DNA of 42,786 nt from Perkinsus olseni (Eukaryota), in assembly GCA_013115125.1 (NCBI GenBank), contig JABANN010000285.1, positions 1 through 42,786 of the forward strand, given 5' to 3'. A model generated the notes under the pieces. It had not been told where the DNA came from. It saw nothing but the letters and a program-made list of their open reading frames with translations, and did not search any database. This document shows positions 37,353 to 42,786 of the stretch, piece by piece (position 1 is the first letter of the stretch; each line of letters begins with the position of its first letter). A program made the translations under genes and the position numbers.

Positions 37353-37374
37353 CTTCGATCATCGAAGTTCAATG
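37353..37374. repeat. 22-bp scar, 8-mer CTTCGATG, 1 mismatch
   Basis: CTTCGAT-CATCGAAG-TTCaATG (CG to CA change). Confidence 0.75.
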
Positions 37375-37588
37375 GAGAAGAGCAGCGGAAGGTCTAGGCG
37401 GGATTGGCGGCACAAGGAAGCCTTAGTTGTGTTTCCTGGATCTCATCTTGCTTCTCATGCTCCTCCCAACAAGCGTGTTTGATACCACACCTTTGTTGCG
37501 TTACAGGTCACACTAGAATGAGCTTCGGCAGGGCAGCTGGGAATCTTTGCAGTGCGCAGTTGCTGTTGTTTTACGCCTGTCGTCAAGT

Positions 37589-40188
37589 ATGGGCATCTCA
37601 GACCACTACGCAGAGCTATGGAAAGCTATCATACGGCCTCCTAGGGATCGATACGAGCCCAAAGACCTCGGCCCGAAGCGCTTCCGAATAGCAGGGCAAG
37701 TGGTAGTATCTGGGATGGGGGTGACCTTCCTCACAGATGTCTAGGATCGACCTAAGATTCCTGTGCAGAGGTCCAGGCGACTTCGGGGTCGTTCAATTAA
37801 CATTTCTGAAACTCGGATTCGATTCGAAACTCGTATTGTACGTGTTAAAATCAACTTCAGAATCGACTCAGAGTCTCAAAATTACTTTACTGAACGGTGG
37901 GTTGCTCTTCAGATCCGCCGAACCGATCTAGTGCTCGAAAATCCATCCGGGAAGCATCTCCAGTGCAGCTGGTTCGAACCTGAGCACAGGCCAGCTGCGG
38001 AACTCCCATGCGTTGTCTATCTCCACGGTACGTGGTCATTCGGGAAGGCGCAGTTGGACAGGGTGCGCGGTCGATCTTAGGTAACTGCAGTTCCCGAGTG
38101 GAAGGACTTTCTGCACTCCCTGTCCTGCTACCATTCGGTATCACTCTCTTCACTTTCGATTTCGCTGGCTCGGGGAGGTCGGATGGAGAGTATGTTAGCC
38201 TGGGGTAAGTCGCCTCATTTGGTGTCCAGCAAGCAAATCGAAGTCAGGTACTTTGAAAAAGATGACCTTGCCTGCGTTGTAGAGCATCTAAGAGCGACCG
38301 GAACCGTCAGTGAGTACTGGGCGCCTCCTTTGCACGTTACTCAACGGAGCGACGCGACTAGTGCTCCCTGAGACCACTCAAAAGAGCCTGTCTGCGCGTG
38401 CCGTCTGCGGTCTTCGTTCGCGGTCGGTTAAACGCCTACGATGTTTCGTCAGGCACCATCGGGTTGTGGGGTCGGAGCATGGGTGCAGTGACAGCCCTGT
38501 TACACGGGGACAGAGACCCTAGTATAGCCGGGATGGTGGTAATGAGGCTTTCAATGGACTAGTGATCTTTCCCCTGATAGAATGATACTTTTGCAACTTC
38601 CTCGTCCTCCCTGCGTATGTCGTCTGAAGGACCATCGAACTTTCACTTCTGAATGCTTACAATAAGGCCCTTTCGAACGACTGAGGAGACTGAATCTAAA
38701 ACTTTGAAAATTGCCGGAAGAAGGTCTTATCACGTGCGAACTGGTGCACGTCAATACACGCCGCTTACCGTGTGCTATTTGACGTACAACTTTCATGAGA
38801 AGCGCCCGTATAATGTGGACTGTCGACGGATGGCTCGATGCTCTATCTTTCCGTGGCAACAACACCTCCGCCCGGTATCACTACGATTCTGACCGCACTT
38901 TGTGTGTCTCAGTTGGACTCACCCTTTCAAGATCTGCGTATGGTAGCTGAGGAGCTGGTGATTGAGTTTGGCGGTTTCCGAGTGCCTAAATTTATTGTTA
39001 ACATCGCGATGAGCATGATTCGTAATTCGATCAAAAGCAGGGCGGACTTCGATATAAGCGACTTAGTCCCTATTAAACATGTAAGAATATATGCTTCGCT
39101 CCGCTCGGGAGTATCTTTTTCTCAGGTTGACCGAACCTTTATACCTGCCCTCTTCGCTGCAGCGGAAGGTGATACATTTATCAAGCCCCATCACGCTCGA
39201 GCACTTTATGAAGCTTATGCAGGGGACAAAAATTTCGTAAGTACCGCCGCCGGGGATCGAACCGGATACCTCCCGCGTCATCACAGGTTACGGTGGAAGG
39301 AGATCACAATTCAGTCCGGCCTAAGTTCTTCACAGATTCTGTTGCAATATTCTTCTTTAATACCCTGCAGTGTTCTGAGCTCATCGGGACCTCTCGTAAG
39401 TCCGCCGATATAACGGAGTTGTGAGTTCTCGATGACAAGATCTCGCTGTGGTCTGATATGACTGTATACTATGGAACTTCAATATTTATCTATTGCAAAA
39501 AGGTTCTAATTAGTGGTTCGATCATATACTATAATTTTGTCGAGTACAGCATTATCGAAGTACACCCTGATCAGATCCTCCACCATTGGCACCGCAAATT
39601 CCGGGGCGCTCCTATTCCCTCCCGGCGCCGATGCCAAGACGGCGACCATCTGAGTCTGAGGTACGCTGCGTAGAAGTGGAGCGGAGCTAGCTTGGAGGCA
39701 ACTTCGTTCGGTCAGAATGATAGAAGCGACAGCCGCGGACAGCCCCTCGGTTTGAACATGGTACCTCCTACGCAAGGGCCCTTCGATAATTATGGTGAGA
39801 TACTCTCATCATTGCTCCCTCGGGAGGGAGGGAGGGAAGCTGTGCTGCTTGATTAGAGCTGGCAGACGATATTCTCACAGGTTTTCCACAGAGCGAAGAT
39901 GAAGAGGAGATGATGATGCAACAAGCCATAGCGCTGAGCCTGCAACGGGAGGAACCTCCGGCCCCGAGTGCCCGGCAAGATTCCTCGATCGGTTCTCAGC
40001 CACTGGAAGCGGACCTCCTTCATCTCAATGATGTCGATGATGATGCAGTTTCCGCGGCGAAGGTAGAAGATGGAGGAGGGGGTGAGAAGTCTAAGGTTGA
40101 GAGTGATGCCAACAGAGTGAATGAGGAGGGTTGCACTGTGACTGCTAAGCAGGGCGAATCCAAAGATACCCCTGCTAAAGAGCGATGA
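37589..40188 (+). CDS. Alpha/beta hydrolase (YqkD/ABHD-like) with C-terminal UIM-like motif
   Basis: AIIRPPR, PCVVYLHGNCSSRVEG, FDFAGSGRSDGEYVSLG, IGLWGRSMGA (nucleophile), LDSPF, EGDTFI, EGDHNS; EDEEEMMMQQAIALSLQ. Confidence 0.93.
39242..39276 (-). pseudogene. Degenerate orphan tRNA 3' half filling a 50-nt hydrolase intron, antisense to host
   Basis: Reverse complement GCGGG-AGGTA-TCCGG-TTCGATC-CCCGG-CGGCGGT-A within intron 39237-39286; T stem has one mismatch and one wobble pair. Confidence 0.6.
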
Positions 40189-40295
40189 TGTCATCAGACT
40201 CGTCCGTTATTACTGCAGGAATTCTGTACTGAGATGTATCATCGTATCATTATTATATTTTACAATTCTCCGGGACGTTGGTGGTCTGTGTTGTA

Positions 40296-42786
40296 CTAAG
40301 TGCATGCACGGCGGAGGCAAAATGTGTACGATGTGTATAAGGTGGACGGACGAGAGTGATGAGGATAGATGGGCGCCGCGATTGAGTCTCGATTGGTTCT
40401 GGTGATGGTAGTATTCACGTCATATCCCCTAGTCCCATTGAGAGCACTGTACACCTCAATCTGGCTACTGCAAACGGTAATAAAAGAGCATCGGGGGCAA
40501 ACTTTTACCGGACATGACGTCCAGTCTCTATGGCGTGCAGGGCATACCGTTGAGAATTGGTACAAGGTAACTCATGATAATGATCATATAACCTGGTGAA
40601 GAGCAATACGGTTCCCTCCATCGTAGAAGAGAGACGTGTGCTTCCTGTCGTCGTCGAGGAGTCGACGGGCGAACTAAAGCGAGGAGCACAGTTTGCACTG
40701 ACCAGGAAGATACCTTGTGTTCTCGCCTTGTAATCGACTACAGTGACGAGCAATGGTTGCCGTAAGTAAGCGTCGATGAGAGTCGCCCCAGCAGCCCCCA
40801 CACAGAGTGCTTCCAAGGCAAATAGTGCCAGCCGCATTCCTAATCGTGCGGTATCTGCATGCAACAGAAGTAACAGAGGGCTTCAGTGTTGACCGGCCCT
40901 CACCCGTCGGCCCTCTCCCGGTCGAGATCATCTCGAGCAAAGGTGCGAGAATCACTGGGTCGAGAAGTGCCGTTGTGTCACGTGTAAGAAGACGCTCCAT
41001 AGCTTGGATGGACATGACTCGCAGAGGCCAAGCTACGAGCGACACCGCCAGCATCAGTCTGAAGTAACAGCGGATGATTGAGGGACACGGTTCCCGCAGG
41101 GCGACCTTAAATCCAAAGAACAGAGCATCTTCGAGGCGGCTCGGGTTGCAATCCAGCAAGCAAGGAGACGCTCGATAGTCCTTATGACCGGACTCCGACT
41201 CTTCGGCAGAAAACTACGGGTAGCCCGATGGAGCATCGCAGGTGCCTGATGATTTCAACCGTGATGAACGGGTCTTGCACCGAGAAGGGGCACCATCCGA
41301 TGTAGTCTAGCTGGTTAGGATTCATGGCTCTCACCCATGCGACCGGGGTTCGAGTCCCCGCATCGGAACATTGACAACGCTCAAACCACATCAACTCAAC
41401 TTCACACCACACACACTTACCCATCTCAATATCAACACTGCTGATGATGTCGAGACGGTTCGGCTAATGATGGTCTGCCAATCCCGAGATACCTACAACA
41501 GGATTCCGAAGGACAAAAGGATTCACGGTTCGCGATGTCTCTGCCAAACATCAACAATGGCTTAACTAGCGTGTCGCGTACCGCGTCGACAATCGACGAC
41601 TTCCGGAGCAGTTGTGGAGGCAGGTGCAATGCCATGCTCAGAACCAATGCTCGCAAGACGCTCTTGGCAACAGGCGACCCTGCAGCGGTACGCCAACAAG
41701 TCAATGGCTCTTATACGGGAGAAGAGTACCTCCTCGTTGACCTCCGCCGTACATCACCGCTCTCTCAATGGTGGGGGCAGCGAGTACTCCCAAGCGTCGA
41801 GATGTCTGATGCACCGATGCCGTGTGCCACCTAGAGGGCAGCTCACCACGAGATAAAGTCCGAAAGCTGCTAGGATCGAGTGGCTTCTCCTCAGTACGGC
41901 AACTGACAAGCAAAGCGCCCTCTCAGCTCGTGTGAAATCGACGCCGGTATCGATAGCCTTTCCATTAAGAATCCAAGCTAGCCGAAGTGTGAGGAAGCTA
42001 GAGCGTAACAGGCCAGCTATGAGGGAGACAAGTGTCTTCGGACCGTGAAATCCGCGAGGCTCGAACGAACTCGAAGGGCTCACCGGATATCCAGCTCGCC
42101 AGTCGTTGTAGCCTCGCCATGGTTGGCAAGGTCGCAGGGCGTACTTCGATGATTGTAGATGTACTCTCCGACGGTGCGCTGGTCCTCCTCGGCGGACTCA
42201 CACGGATTTGATATCTTCGCCCAGCGGGATGTGGCCCTGAATTACTTCTTCCGGTCGCCAGCATCAAGACCAACGTGGGTATTCACCTTCACTATGTAGC
42301 CCTCCGGCCGAGTCGGCGTCCCCGTTTTTTGTCAAGCACGGTCCTGCTCGAAGGAGTCGCATCATGAGCTGAAAATAACTATGAAAGCTCGTTCTGGAGC
42401 GGAGTGTCCGCCTACTCGCATCGTGGCAATATCGAGGGCCCTAGCGATGAACGCTGCGGAAAGTGCCGCTCTCAGGTAAGGGTCAGGGCAAAGCACGAGA
42501 GGTATCGTCGCCACGGCACCGGTAAGGAGGCCTCGCATAGCATACAGACCTGACAGTACGATCAGCTCTTCCGACTCGGCTTAGTGAAGAGTGTACTGTA
42601 GAAGAGTAGCTTAGCTTATTTCTTCGTCAAGCGTGAGCAAAAGCGCATAGCGAGGGGACGAAAGACAACATTTGCTGTGAAGCCCGCCACGAGGCGGGCA
42701 GTGCCTCGACGAGAATACAGGGTGTTCCAATTCGATATGCAAATCACAAAAATCAGTCTAATTCAGCACATACTACGTGTTTGAGG
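40296..42786 (-). CDS. Multi-exon Leu/Ala-rich hypothetical protein, 5' end unresolved or beyond window
   Basis: Phase-consistent exons: GLYAMRGLLTGAVATIPLVLCPDPYLRAAL..., VSRDWQTIISRTVSTSSAVLILRW|APAMLHRATRSFL...LDLR|LMLAVSLVAWPLRVMS... Confidence 0.5.
41296..41368 (+). tRNA. tRNA-Glu(CTC), antisense within an intron
   Basis: TCCGATG-TAGTCTAGCTGGTTAGGATT-CATGG-CT-CTC-AC-CCATG-CGAC-CGGGG-TTCGAGT-CCCCG-CATCGGA-A; acceptor, anticodon and T stems fully paired. Confidence 0.97.

Noticed and set aside
1-42786. CRISPR array, intact transposase or reverse transcriptase, spliced-leader relic (CCGTAGCCAT...GGCTCAAG)
   Set aside because: None found by manual reading; highly diverged copies could have been missed.

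Overview
Gene-dense eukaryotic DNA with many short GT-AG introns (often about 45-55 nt). Intron style and gene content suggest an alveolate protist such as Perkinsus; this is an inference. About 16 spliced genes were traced by eye, so outer boundaries are approximate where stated. They include a tandem trio of signal-peptide GNAT-fold genes (one is a pseudogene), coiled-coil or ciliary genes including an ODA docking-complex-like gene, an ATP-grasp ligase, PDX2, phosphatidylserine synthase, SPF27/BCAS2, a small mitochondrial-type membrane protein, two PAM2-motif paralogs and an alpha/beta hydrolase with a UIM. There are two intact tRNAs (Pro-TGG, Glu-CTC). The main discovery is in non-coding DNA: at least 9 sequence-unrelated 22-bp scars share one grammar, N1-7 + revcomp(N1-8) + N2-8 (5 perfect, 3 with one mismatch, 1 with two). 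This is the product expected when a hAT-type element with an 8-bp TSD excises via flanking hairpins that are opened and re-annealed through their 8-nt complementarity. No transposase is seen in the window. Two tiny introns also consist mostly of orphan tRNA 3' halves.
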